Notes under the pieces: generated by a model
Databases searched by the model: none
What the model saw: the letters and a program-made list of their open reading frames with translations, nothing else
Told to the model about the DNA's origin: nothing
Part shown: piece after piece, positions 48,592 to 57,867 of the stretch
Layout: every line of letters starts with the position of its first letter
Numbering within the stretch: position 1 is the first letter of the stretch
DNA from: Candidatus Hadarchaeota archaeon
Lineage (GTDB): Archaea; Hadarchaeota; Hadarchaeia; Hadarchaeales; JAGGTB01
DNA: 64,000 nucleotides
Direction: 5' to 3'
Assembly: GCA_964384105.1 (NCBI GenBank)
Contig: CAYLJV010000001.1
Location: forward strand, 544,001 to 608,000
Made by a program: the position numbers and the translations under genes

Positions 48592-49599
48592 TTATTTCAA
48601 CCCTTCACTTATGAGGTGAAATTTTAACCCGTATTCGAGGCCTTCTAAGTATGCGGCGATGTCCACCGATCTGACTTTAGGAGCAATTTCCTTTATTTCT
48701 TGGTATTTCTTTTCCCATTCCTCTAATAGATGGTTTCTGACTCCTGAACTTTCTATTTTATCGATATCTTTTTCTTTGATCTCTTCATGCAGGCTTTCGG
48801 GAGAGATAGTTCCATTAATGACAGCGTGTCCAAATATGCCGGAGCTATAATCTCTTTCTTTAAATTCTCTTTTCCAGGTGGTTAACCAGTTTCCGATCCT
48901 GGCCATGTATTGCGATCTCCAGACTATCTCTCGGAGGAGTGGTAAGTCTTGGACTTCGAAATCCGGAGATGACATTATATCAATATCGGTTTGAGGAAAT
49001 AGAACCATGTTATGTCCTCCGTATATTTTGGATTCGGTAAGATTTAGCAGGAATGGGTTATTATTTACTAATATTGAGTGATAAAAGGAGTTAAAAACCT
49101 GTTTCATATCATAACGGAATATATTTTTGAATTCTCTAAATCTAGGTAATTTTTTTATCTTTCGTTCTATTTTATCCCATAATTTGGTAGTAAACTCTAT
49201 TTCCTTTTTTTCTAGCGCTTTTTTTGTGCCGATTCTTTTTTTCGGGGTTCCTAGCTGGAATCCTATTCCGCTTTCGAACAGTTCTTCTACTTTATAGAGG
49301 TCAGCCAAATCGTCGAAAATCGAGACAAAAAGAACCAACATGGTTTTTAGTTCGCCTAGTTCCTGAGTATATTCATCGGGTACTACCGAAAGTACGATCC
49401 CAGGGTTTCTTTCCGTAGTAAATGTATATACCCATTTCCAGAGGAATCGTTTTCTGTCACCACATTTATCCTCGTATTCGGCTATCAGATTTTCTAATTC
49501 TCCGGGAAGTTTTCTCTCCTTTATTTTATTAACTAGTTCATCTGCCCGTTTGGACTTGGCGAACCCAATTGTTTCTTCTATTGCTCTGCTTTCTATCAT
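48592..49599 (-). CDS. Class I terpene/isoprenoid synthase-fold protein
   Basis: DDxxD (FDDLAD) and NSE-like RIGNWLTTWKRE in a 335-aa helical protein. Confidence 0.7.
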   Translation of the reverse strand: MIESRAIEETIGFAKSKRADELVNKIKERKLPGELENLIAEYEDKCGDRKRFLWKWVYTFTTERNPGIVLSVVPDEYTQELGELKTMLVLFVSIFDDLADLYKVEELFESGIGFQLGTPKKRIGTKKALEKKEIEFTTKLWDKIERKIKKLPRFREFKNIFRYDMKQVFNSFYHSILVNNNPFLLNLTESKIYGGHNMVLFPQTDIDIMSSPDFEVQDLPLLREIVWRSQYMARIGNWLTTWKREFKERDYSSGIFGHAVINGTISPESLHEEIKEKDIDKIESSGVRNHLLEEWEKKYQEIKEIAPKVRSVDIAAYLEGLEYGLKFHLISEGLK

Positions 49600-49707
49600 T
49601 TTTGTCGATCTCTCTACCTACTTAGGGCTTTTTATTTGTAAAAGAGAGGGAAACATAAGTTCGTACATGGGGTAATGTTTTTTTAAGTAGGTGCTGTAAT
49701 TTCTCTT

Positions 49708-50028
49708 GTGATAGATTTGTATTTGCAGTTTCTTCCTCACTTTGGAATCGCGATAGGAGCTCTTATTCTGTTGCCATTTATTTGGCTAATAATCGGCATT
49801 ATACTTAGTATTCTCGTCTATAAAGATGCGGAGTCGAGAGGAGAAAACGGTGCTCTATGGCTTTTAGTGGTTTTAATAACAGGAATAATTGGTTTGATAA
49901 TTTGGTTAATTGTGAGGCCTAGAAAAAAGCCTATAGGAAGGGAGAAAGGGGTAAAATATTGCTCGGAATGCGGTAGTAGAGTGACCGTGGGCGATAAGTA
50001 TTGTAAGGAATGTGGGAACGAGTTATAG
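49708..50028 (+). CDS. Membrane protein (PLDc_N-like) with C-terminal zinc ribbon
   Basis: VYKDAESRG.N..LW, GLIIWLIVRP, CSECG/CKECG. Confidence 0.85.
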   Translation: MIDLYLQFLPHFGIAIGALILLPFIWLIIGIILSILVYKDAESRGENGALWLLVVLITGIIGLIIWLIVRPRKKPIGREKGVKYCSECGSRVTVGDKYCKECGNEL

Positions 50029-50083
50029 CACTATGGTAGGAAAAACTAAAACCTTATATTTATGCATCAGACTGAGACCATAG

Positions 50084-51466
50084 TTGAATTTGATTGGTAT
50101 TATGACCGAAAAATATGATTTTATCGTTTTTGGAGGCGGTACTGGGAATAAAGTTGCTTCTTATGCTTCAAAAAGAGGTAATAAGGTAGCTCTGATCGAG
50201 CCGGGTCCTCTCGGTGGCACTTGTATAAATCGGGGATGTAATCCTTCTAAAATGCTTATTCATCATGCAGATATTCTCGATACAATCTATAATACAAAAA
50301 AATTTCATATTGACGCTACTGTGAATAATGTCGATTTCGGCTCGATAACTGAGGAAATAAGTGAAACATTGGGGGAGGTTGCGAGACGAATAGGGGTCCG
50401 AAAGAAAGAGGATCCAAATCTGGACCTCTACAAAGAGGAAGGTCGTTTTACTTCTGATTTTGACGTTAGAGTTGGTAGAGAGGTTATATCCGGTGATAAG
50501 GTGATTATCGCTGCGGGAAGCAGACCATTCATCCCTCCTTCGATTAATGGATTAGATAAAATCGGTTATATTACTAGTTCTGAGGCGATGTTTCTGAATG
50601 AAAGACCAGAGGAGCTAATCATCCTGGGTGGTGGATACATCGCGGCCGAGCTGGGTTATTTCTTTGGAAGAATGGGGTCTAATGTTACCATTGTTCAGAG
50701 AAGTGATCATCTTTTGTCTAGAGAAGATCGGGAGATAGCGAAGGTTTTTACGAAGATATTCTCTGACCGGTACAGTGTTTTAACGGGGAGTTCCGTTGTA
50801 GGGGCGAGGGAGATGAAAGATGGATTTTCGATTAAAATCGTGAATCGCGCAGGAAATGAAGACATTATTGAGGGTGATGAGGTACTGGTGGCCCTGGGAA
50901 GGCGGCCTAATACTGATTTGTTGGGCCTTGAAAATACAGGAATTGAAACCGATCAGAAAGGATTTATCAAAACGGACAGTCGCTTGGAGACTACTGTGAA
51001 CAATGTTTGGGCCTTGGGTGATATTGCAGGTAATTTCATGTTTAAACATTCGGCTGACTATGAAGCTAAAGTGGTTATTGATAACGCTGTAGAAGGTAGA
51101 AATAGGGTGGCTAATTACAGTGGTGTTCCTCATGCTATCTTTGCTAACCCCCAAATAGGTGCCGTTGGTTCTACCGAACAGGAGCTTAAGGAATCTGAAA
51201 CTGATTATATCAAGGGTTACGCTAAATTTCGGGATATTGCTATGTCCAGAGCACAGAAGTTTGAGCACGGTTTCGTGAAAGTGTTGGTCAGTCCAGAAAA
51301 TGGCGAGATTCTTGGATGTCATATCTTGGGACATAAGGCCTCGGTTTTGATTCACGAGATCAGTCTTGCGATAAGGAATGATCTAACTTTTGAAGAAGTT
51401 GCAGATTCGATCCATGTTCATCCTACTTTGAATAAAGTTATAGAAAAGGCCTTTGAGAACTTCTAA
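50084..51466 (+). CDS. Pyridine nucleotide-disulfide oxidoreductase (DLD/mycothione-reductase-like)
   Basis: GGTCINRGCNPSK, GGGYIAAE, ALGD, HVHPT. Confidence 0.9.
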   Translation: MNLIGIMTEKYDFIVFGGGTGNKVASYASKRGNKVALIEPGPLGGTCINRGCNPSKMLIHHADILDTIYNTKKFHIDATVNNVDFGSITEEISETLGEVARRIGVRKKEDPNLDLYKEEGRFTSDFDVRVGREVISGDKVIIAAGSRPFIPPSINGLDKIGYITSSEAMFLNERPEELIILGGGYIAAELGYFFGRMGSNVTIVQRSDHLLSREDREIAKVFTKIFSDRYSVLTGSSVVGAREMKDGFSIKIVNRAGNEDIIEGDEVLVALGRRPNTDLLGLENTGIETDQKGFIKTDSRLETTVNNVWALGDIAGNFMFKHSADYEAKVVIDNAVEGRNRVANYSGVPHAIFANPQIGAVGSTEQELKESETDYIKGYAKFRDIAMSRAQKFEHGFVKVLVSPENGEILGCHILGHKASVLIHEISLAIRNDLTFEEVADSIHVHPTLNKVIEKAFENF

Positions 51467-52041
51467 TATTTTTCAAGATACCTGATGAATCGGTCTATCG
51501 TCTTTTTTAGACTTTTAAAACCTTCGTTGTCTTTTATTACCCCTTCTTTTGAATCCTTGCTCCAGAATGTTGCACCCAGATTTGCTCCAAATGACCCTCC
51601 ACTGACGGGAATTATTCCATTCATGATGTAGAAGGCATGTATCTGTGTTAGTGCAGTTTCTTGCCCACCTATTCTATCACCACCAACGGCTATTCCCATT
51701 CCAATTTTCCCTTCAAGTATCCTCTGATCTTTTGCTAGAAGAGCCCTCGTTCTATCCATTACGGCTTTGAGCTTGGCAGATATTCCATTGTTGTATACGG
51801 GAGTTGCGAGTACCAAACCCTTCGATTCTTCGAGAGCAGTAAGTATCGCATTCATCCCGTCGTTGAATGTGCATTCCTCATGTTCTAGACAATAGTCACA
51901 ATGTATGCAGAAGTTTATTTTTTCTTCTCTGAGATTTATTGTAGTCACGGGATGGTTTCGTTTTTCAATCATTTCCCGGGTCTTATCGATTACATATTTA
52001 GTAGCTTCTTCTCTTGGGCTACTGTCTATGCATAAGATCAT
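51463..52041 (-). CDS. Iron-sulfur flavoprotein (Isf/flavodoxin family)
   Basis: SSPR, CIHCDYC...C, ATPVY, GGQE. Confidence 0.9.
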   Translation of the reverse strand: MILCIDSSPREEATKYVIDKTREMIEKRNHPVTTINLREEKINFCIHCDYCLEHEECTFNDGMNAILTALEESKGLVLATPVYNNGISAKLKAVMDRTRALLAKDQRILEGKIGMGIAVGGDRIGGQETALTQIHAFYIMNGIIPVSGGSFGANLGATFWSKDSKEGVIKDNEGFKSLKKTIDRFIRYLEKY

Positions 52042-52110
52042 GTGTTTACTGATTTGAATTTCATAACTAAAATACTCGCTGCCTATAACGGGTATTTGAA
52101 AATTCCTAGC

Positions 52111-52347
52111 TTATTCAATAATAACGCTTGTGTTGGTATCGGTGACTCCTTCAACTTTGCCTATTTCCTCTATTACCACGTTCATTAGTGTGGACATATC
52201 ACTGGCTTCCGCCATTACAATTAAGTCAAAAGGTCCCGTAACAATGTGAATGTTTTTTACTCCTTCGATTTCTTCAATGCTTTCTAGTACATTTCTTACT
52301 TTTCCTACACCGGTTGTGACTAATACATATGCTTCAACCATTTTCAT
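52111..52347 (-). CDS. Stand-alone Lrp/AsnC ligand-binding (RAM) domain
   Basis: AYVLVTTGVGK, VTGPFDLI, GVTDTNTS. Confidence 0.9.
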   Translation of the reverse strand: MKMVEAYVLVTTGVGKVRNVLESIEEIEGVKNIHIVTGPFDLIVMAEASDMSTLMNVVIEEIGKVEGVTDTNTSVIIE

Positions 52348-52551
52348 TACCTATAGTTAAGGTTTGTTTTCATTCCTTATTATTTATGATTTTGTTTTTT
52401 AATTAGGTTGCATTTAATAATATCTTTCTATATCTTTAGCTTTTCTCAATTGGTTAATAAATTTCTCAGGGATATTCTTCGTTTTTCCAAAAATTTAAGT
52501 GTCAGATGGAAGTTAAAATTTACCACGTCCTTTTGAGTTAGGGGGGATAAA

Positions 52552-52692
52552 TTGAATGGAAATGGTAGTTGGGAGAATTTTAGCACCGAGGCCCTTTTAA
52601 AGGAAATGAAAAAATATGGGGAGGAAATTAAGAATTTAAAGGCCAGCATTTACGCTATCAAGGCCGAACTGAAAAAGAGAGACGAAATATAA
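52552..52692 (+). CDS. 46-aa coiled-coil microprotein (not in ORF track)
   Basis: GGGGGGA SD then TTG: MNGNGSWENFSTEALLKEMKKYGEEIKNLKASIYAIKAELKKRDEI*. Confidence 0.55.
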   Translation: MNGNGSWENFSTEALLKEMKKYGEEIKNLKASIYAIKAELKKRDEI

Positions 52693-52741
52693 TTTTTCTT
52701 CTACCAATTATTCTAAGAAAATTCTATTTTCGAGATTTAGT

Positions 52742-53359
52742 CTAAATATTTAAATCGATTTCTTCGACCAGTTTCTTGTATCTCTTTCTTATTTTACTGT
52801 TTAAATTGAGGAAGAGCCCTCTTGCCTTCTTTCTCTTTTCTACTTCCAAAAATCTTTTCTTGATTTTATGGCAAGATTCCTCAGTTGGTAGGTTCCAAGT
52901 AAGGTCGTACAGGTCCCTAGCAGTTGGTATTTTTCTATATTGAATCGAGTGGTTAGTTGTGGTGTAAGGTACCCGAGATCCTATTTTCTTTATAGTTTCA
53001 TTCATCAAGATAAGAGACGGGCATTTTATCCCGCTAGCTCCTAAAACAGTTTTTAAAGGATATAGTCGGCAGGCGATTGGTCTCGCAGAATATATCTCAC
53101 AATTGTTTTCTTTTGTTAGAAAGGGGCAGGGTGAAACATGTTTTTTATAACTTATTTCGTCTTTGTCTGCTTTTCCTTCCAGGTATTCTTTTATGAATTC
53201 TATCGGCTCCTTTTTGAGGTATTTAGATGCTTTATCAATATCTCTAAGGGACCATTCGGTTCCTAAATTACTACAACACTCGCCGCATTTGCTACAAACG
53301 AAGGGGATTATTACATCGCCCCAACTTTTGATCCAGAAATGCTGGATTTTGAATATCAT
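52742..53359 (-). CDS. YkgJ-family CxxCxxCC cysteine-cluster protein
   Basis: FVCSKCGECC, CPFL...CEIYSARPIACRLYP. Confidence 0.9.
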   Translation of the reverse strand: MIFKIQHFWIKSWGDVIIPFVCSKCGECCSNLGTEWSLRDIDKASKYLKKEPIEFIKEYLEGKADKDEISYKKHVSPCPFLTKENNCEIYSARPIACRLYPLKTVLGASGIKCPSLILMNETIKKIGSRVPYTTTNHSIQYRKIPTARDLYDLTWNLPTEESCHKIKKRFLEVEKRKKARGLFLNLNSKIRKRYKKLVEEIDLNI

Positions 53360-53509
53360 TTTAGGCTATTATTTTTGGTAATGAGGAGATTTTCTATACT
53401 TGGAGAAGGGTGGTATACTGTTCGTAAATCCTCCTCTCAGATACTATTTATCTTCATTATTATGTAGAGTTTTTGGCCAAATCGTGTCCATTAAACTTTA
53501 TTAAAACAT

Positions 53510-53525
53510 TTGATTAAATATTCAA
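53510..53525. promoter_or_regulatory. Putative ArsR/SmtB operator
   Basis: TTGA-N8-TCAA immediately before the ATG of the ArsR gene. Confidence 0.45.
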
Positions 53526-53529
53526 TTAT

Positions 53530-53814
53530 ATGATTGAGGACAAACTTCTGAAAAAAACTGGAGAAATGTTTAGGATTTTGGGGGACCCAACCCGGCTTAA
53601 GATTTTATTGAATATATCGGATGATGAGAAATGTGTTCATGAAATCGCCAAAGTAACTAAATCGAACATTTCTAACGTTTCGCATCATCTCAGGAAAATG
53701 AAAGACAAAGATCTAGTTGATTATCGGAAGGAGGGGCGTCACAAGTTCTACAAATTGAAGGATGATCATGTTCTCTCTATGATTCGTGAGGGAATAGCAC
53801 ATGCAAGAGAATGA
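53530..53814 (+). CDS. ArsR/SmtB metalloregulator
   Basis: LGDPTRLKIL, CVHEI, SNVSHHL, alpha5 DDH...H. Confidence 0.93.
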   Translation: MIEDKLLKKTGEMFRILGDPTRLKILLNISDDEKCVHEIAKVTKSNISNVSHHLRKMKDKDLVDYRKEGRHKFYKLKDDHVLSMIREGIAHARE

Positions 53815-55903
53815 AACTGAATATGATTCGTGTCAAGTTTGCGATGATTCTGAAAGTTCAGGTATTTCGGGGAAACTTACGGTCGAATCGGCTAGAGACA
53901 TTTGGAAGAGTGAAAGGGCAATTAAAAACTGGGTTGGGGGAGTGATATTAGGAATCGGTTTTATCTTTTTAATTTTCAGTAGTTTTAATGAATCAGTTAT
54001 AATCTTTAGAGGGGAAATATTTTCTATTTCAGATCTGCTTTTCGTTCTTAGCATGGGGGTTGGGGGTGGAACTATTTTGCGAAATGGGTACATATCATTA
54101 AAGAAAAGAAACCTTACAATAAGCCTTCTTATGAGTGTTGCTATTCTAAGTTCTATCGTAGTGAGCGTTTTTGGAGGAAGACATCTTTTTTTGGAAGGGG
54201 CCACTCTCGCTTTCCTATTTAATTTCGCCGAGCTCCTAGAAGATTATTCGATAGAAAAAGCCCGCGGTTCTCTGAAAGAGTTGATGGATCTTTCCCCGGA
54301 TAAAGCGATCGTTAGAAGGAATGGCGAAAAGGTCGAAATTCCCGTTGAACAGGTTGAGAAAGGTGAGATTGTTGTAATAAAACCTGGAGATCGAATTGCA
54401 GTTGATGGAGAAATAATTGAAGGGAATAGTTCGGTAAATCAGGCTCCGGTTACCGGTGAAAGTATTCCTGTGGATAAACGGGTGGGTGACAAAGTTTATG
54501 CTGGTACGATTAATGAGCAGGGATACTTGGAGATAAAATCTGCCAGTACTGCTGCCGAAAGCACGATATCTAAGATAGTAGAGTTGGTTAGGGGAGCTGA
54601 AAGAAAGAGAACTGAACAGGAAAAGTTTATAGAAAAATTCTCTTCATATTACACTCCCTTTGTTGTGCTTATTGCTGTAGCAATTATTTTGATTCCACCA
54701 TTACTCTTGGGAAGTACTTGGTCTACTTGGTTTATTAGGGGTATTACTATGTTAGTTTTGGCATGTCCTTGCGCTTTTGTGATAAGCACTCCAGTTAGTG
54801 TAGTTTCGGGAATAACTAATGCTGCAAAAAATGGGGTTTTGATATCGGGGGGGAATAGTTTAGAGGCTATGGGAAATGTGTCAGTTATAGCTTTTGATAA
54901 GACGGGCACTCTTACAAAAGGGAAACTTAACGTAACGGATGTAATCCCTTTGAACGGTAGAACAGAGGAGGATGTGATTAAATGTGCATGTGGCGTAGAA
55001 GAGAGAAGTGATCATCCTATTGCAAGGGCTATTGTAAATCACGTGAAGAAGAGTCACGATATTAGCCACGAGCATGGTATTTCAGAGTTTGAAGAGCTTA
55101 GCGGCAAGGGAGTCACTGCGAATTTGGAAGGTAAAAAACACTATGCTGGCAAACCTTCCTTGATAGAAGAACTTGAATTTGACTTGTCTCATGTGCACCA
55201 CTCTTCGGATGATGAGCGGATTAGGGATGAAGCAGAGTGGATGTGTGAAAAAGGAAAATGTTTGAATCTCCTTGAGGAGACTATTCCTAGACTCCAGAGA
55301 GAGGGAAAGACGGTTATCCTTGTCACTGCAGAAAACAAACTTGAGGGTATTATAGCTATTGCAGACGAAATTAGAGAGGAAGCGAAAGCTGTAGTTTCAT
55401 GGTTTAATTCTAGAGGAATAAAAACCGTGATGTTAACTGGCGATAATGAACGGGCCGCCAAAGCGATTTCTGAAGAGATTGGAATCAAGGAATACAAAGC
55501 AGAATTGTTACCTGAAGATAAGGTTAATGAGCTGAAATTATTTTCCGAGAAATATGGAGTTGTCGCGATGGTTGGTGATGGGATAAATGATGCGCCGGCC
55601 TTAGCAGCGGCTGATGTGGGTATCGCAATGGGTGTTTCTGGGACAGATACTGCGGTCGAAACGGCGGATATAGCTCTCCTTCAAGACGATCTTTCTAAAC
55701 TACCGTATCTACAAAGATTATCTCGGAAGGCAAATCGAGTTATTAGAAGTAATATCTATGCTAGTTTGGGTATCAAGGCTTTACTTGCGATAGGTGTGCC
55801 TCTGGGATATGTTTCAATTGCACTGGCAGTCCTTGCTGGAGATGCAGGTATGACTGTCGGCGTGACAGGAAATGCTTTAAGGCTTTCTAGATTGAAGCCT
55901 TGA
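53801..55903 (+). CDS. cadA: Heavy-metal P1B ATPase (Zn/Cd type)
   Basis: TGES, CPC, DKTGT, SDHP, GDGINDAPAL; His/Cys-rich inserts. Confidence 0.92.
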   Translation: MQENETEYDSCQVCDDSESSGISGKLTVESARDIWKSERAIKNWVGGVILGIGFIFLIFSSFNESVIIFRGEIFSISDLLFVLSMGVGGGTILRNGYISLKKRNLTISLLMSVAILSSIVVSVFGGRHLFLEGATLAFLFNFAELLEDYSIEKARGSLKELMDLSPDKAIVRRNGEKVEIPVEQVEKGEIVVIKPGDRIAVDGEIIEGNSSVNQAPVTGESIPVDKRVGDKVYAGTINEQGYLEIKSASTAAESTISKIVELVRGAERKRTEQEKFIEKFSSYYTPFVVLIAVAIILIPPLLLGSTWSTWFIRGITMLVLACPCAFVISTPVSVVSGITNAAKNGVLISGGNSLEAMGNVSVIAFDKTGTLTKGKLNVTDVIPLNGRTEEDVIKCACGVEERSDHPIARAIVNHVKKSHDISHEHGISEFEELSGKGVTANLEGKKHYAGKPSLIEELEFDLSHVHHSSDDERIRDEAEWMCEKGKCLNLLEETIPRLQREGKTVILVTAENKLEGIIAIADEIREEAKAVVSWFNSRGIKTVMLTGDNERAAKAISEEIGIKEYKAELLPEDKVNELKLFSEKYGVVAMVGDGINDAPALAAADVGIAMGVSGTDTAVETADIALLQDDLSKLPYLQRLSRKANRVIRSNIYASLGIKALLAIGVPLGYVSIALAVLAGDAGMTVGVTGNALRLSRLKP

Positions 55904-55995
55904 AATCTCATAGATTTTAGAGGTATTGTAATTACTTAGTTTAGCAGTTACTATTTTTAGTTGTCTTATTTGCAAATTTCTGAAAATTATACTGA

Positions 55996-56280
55996 TTAAC
56001 ACGTGTCTACTGAGAGTTTTCTAATTTCTTCTAGGAATTCGGGTATTTCGGGAGTAGATAAACTGTAGATTATATTTCGTCCTTCCCTTCTTCTGCTTAT
56101 TAATTTGCATTTTAGCAAGGCTTTTAGATGATGGGAAACCAGGGACTGTTCTTCTTCTAACTCTGCCATTATATCACTAACACATTTTTCTTCGTTCTCT
56201 AGTAGTTTGAGGATTTTGTATCTGATTTCATTTCCAACGCACTTAAGGAGTCTAATTTCGTCTTCTACATTTCCTTCCAC
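55996..56280 (-). CDS. arsR: ArsR family regulator divergent from acr3
   Basis: IRYKIL, CVSDI, QSLVSHHLKAL, RREG. Confidence 0.9.
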   Translation of the reverse strand: MEGNVEDEIRLLKCVGNEIRYKILKLLENEEKCVSDIMAELEEEQSLVSHHLKALLKCKLISRRREGRNIIYSLSTPEIPEFLEEIRKLSVDTC

Positions 56281-56335
56281 TTTTTTACCCCCACAATATT
56301 ATCATTTCTAGTTCGATATAATTAGTTAATTATAT

Positions 56336-56355
56336 ATATGAATTATCCATCATAT
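56336..56355. promoter_or_regulatory. Putative ArsR operator between arsR and acr3
   Basis: ATATGA-N8-TCATAT inverted repeat. Confidence 0.6.
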
Positions 56356-56390
56356 GAAAATAAAATCATATCTTTACAGGTAGTTGTATA

Positions 56391-57467
56391 ATGACAGAAG
56401 ATTCTCTTGGGGAAAGAGTACGGGAGGAAGGTGAAAGTTTAGAACATGGGCTTAGTTTCTTTGAAAAGTATCTCTCTGTCTGGGTGGCTCTTTGTATCGT
56501 GTTCGGGATAATTCTGGGAAGGGTCCTCCCGGTCGTTCCAGATACATTAAGTAAATTTGAATATGCACAAGTCAATATCCCTGTTGCTATCCTGATATGG
56601 TTTATGATATACCCAATGATGGTGGAAATAGATTTCCAAAGTATTTTGGAAGTGAGAGAAAAACCGAGAGGTCTTCTCGTAACGTGGGTTTCGAATTGGT
56701 TGATTAAACCTTTTAGCATGTACCTGATATTTTGGTTCTTTATGACGAGAGTTTTTGATTCGTTTATATCATCGGGATTGCAGAGTGAATATATCGCAGG
56801 TGCTGTGTTACTTGGTGCTGCGCCTTGTACGGCTATGGTATTTGTGTGGAGTTATCTCTCAGATGGAGATTCCGCTTATACCTTGGTTCAGGTTGCAACA
56901 AATGATATAATACTTCTGTTTGCCTATGTTCCCATAGTTACATTTCTGTTGGGTATCGGTGGTATAGCAGTTCCCTACGATACTTTGATTCTTTCCGTGG
57001 TCTTGTTCATATTAATACCCCTAACAGCGGGTTACCTATCAAGAAAACACTTGATTAATAAGAATGGCAGAGACTGGTTTGAGAATAAATTCCTGAAAAA
57101 AATAGGGGATTTAACAATAATAGGTCTGCTCCTGACTTTGATTCTTCTCTTTTCGTTCCAGGGTGATGTGATAGTGAATAATCCGATCCATATAGCACTG
57201 ATTGCGGTCCCACTAATTATACAAACCTTTTTCATTTTCTCTATAGCCTATGGCTGGTCTTTCCTATGGAAGCTTGATCACGAAATAGCCGCTCCTGCAT
57301 CGATGATTGGAGCTAGCAACTTTTTTGAGCTTGCAGTGGCCGTGGCAATTTCGGTTTTTGGAATAGCCTCTGGCGCGGCTCTCGCTACTGTGGTTGGTGT
57401 ACTCGTGGAGGTTCCCTTAATGCTTTCGTTAGTTGGATTCGTAAACAAAACAAGGAAATATTTCTAG
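56391..57467 (+). CDS. acr3: Arsenite efflux transporter Acr3
   Basis: FFEKYLSVWV, MIYPMM, NWLIKPF, APCTAMVFVW, GASNFFELAVA. Confidence 0.96.
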   Translation: MTEDSLGERVREEGESLEHGLSFFEKYLSVWVALCIVFGIILGRVLPVVPDTLSKFEYAQVNIPVAILIWFMIYPMMVEIDFQSILEVREKPRGLLVTWVSNWLIKPFSMYLIFWFFMTRVFDSFISSGLQSEYIAGAVLLGAAPCTAMVFVWSYLSDGDSAYTLVQVATNDIILLFAYVPIVTFLLGIGGIAVPYDTLILSVVLFILIPLTAGYLSRKHLINKNGRDWFENKFLKKIGDLTIIGLLLTLILLFSFQGDVIVNNPIHIALIAVPLIIQTFFIFSIAYGWSFLWKLDHEIAAPASMIGASNFFELAVAVAISVFGIASGAALATVVGVLVEVPLMLSLVGFVNKTRKYF

Positions 57468-57557
57468 CATTGACGATTTGCTTTCGATTTTGAATAAAAG
57501 GAAAATCTAAATAAGGGGTAATAAAAGGGTTTTTCCGGGTTCAATTGAGGGAGATTA

Positions 57558-57761
57558 TTATTCTTCCCAGCTTATTGCGTTTACGGGACAGCCATCAATA
57601 GCCCTCTGGATGGTATCTTCGTCGGCCCCTTCTGGATCTTTTACAGTGGATATTCCTTCATCATCTAGTTCAAAAACTTCCGAAGCCAAGGCAACACAAA
57701 CTGCATGCCCCTGACATTTATCTCTATCGACTACAGGTTTTTTCAAAATTTCACCTCCCAT
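57558..57761 (-). CDS. Monocluster ferredoxin
   Basis: CQGHAVC...CPVNAI. Confidence 0.9.
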   Translation of the reverse strand: MGGEILKKPVVDRDKCQGHAVCVALASEVFELDDEGISTVKDPEGADEDTIQRAIDGCPVNAISWEE

Positions 57762-57867
57762 GAATTAATCTTTTCTATATCTATTCTATCTTTTGCAAAA
57801 AATAAAAAAGAAAGGTTGTGGGTTGAGGCTAGTTGACAAACGGTTTTCTAAGAGAATCGATTTCTCT

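Noticed and set aside
37240-57500. Integrated element with att sites at tRNA-Arg or tRNA-Glu
   Set aside because: No integrase, and I saw no duplicated tRNA 3' end; GGGTTCAAATCCCG was seen only as the two T-arms (search by eye, not exhaustive).
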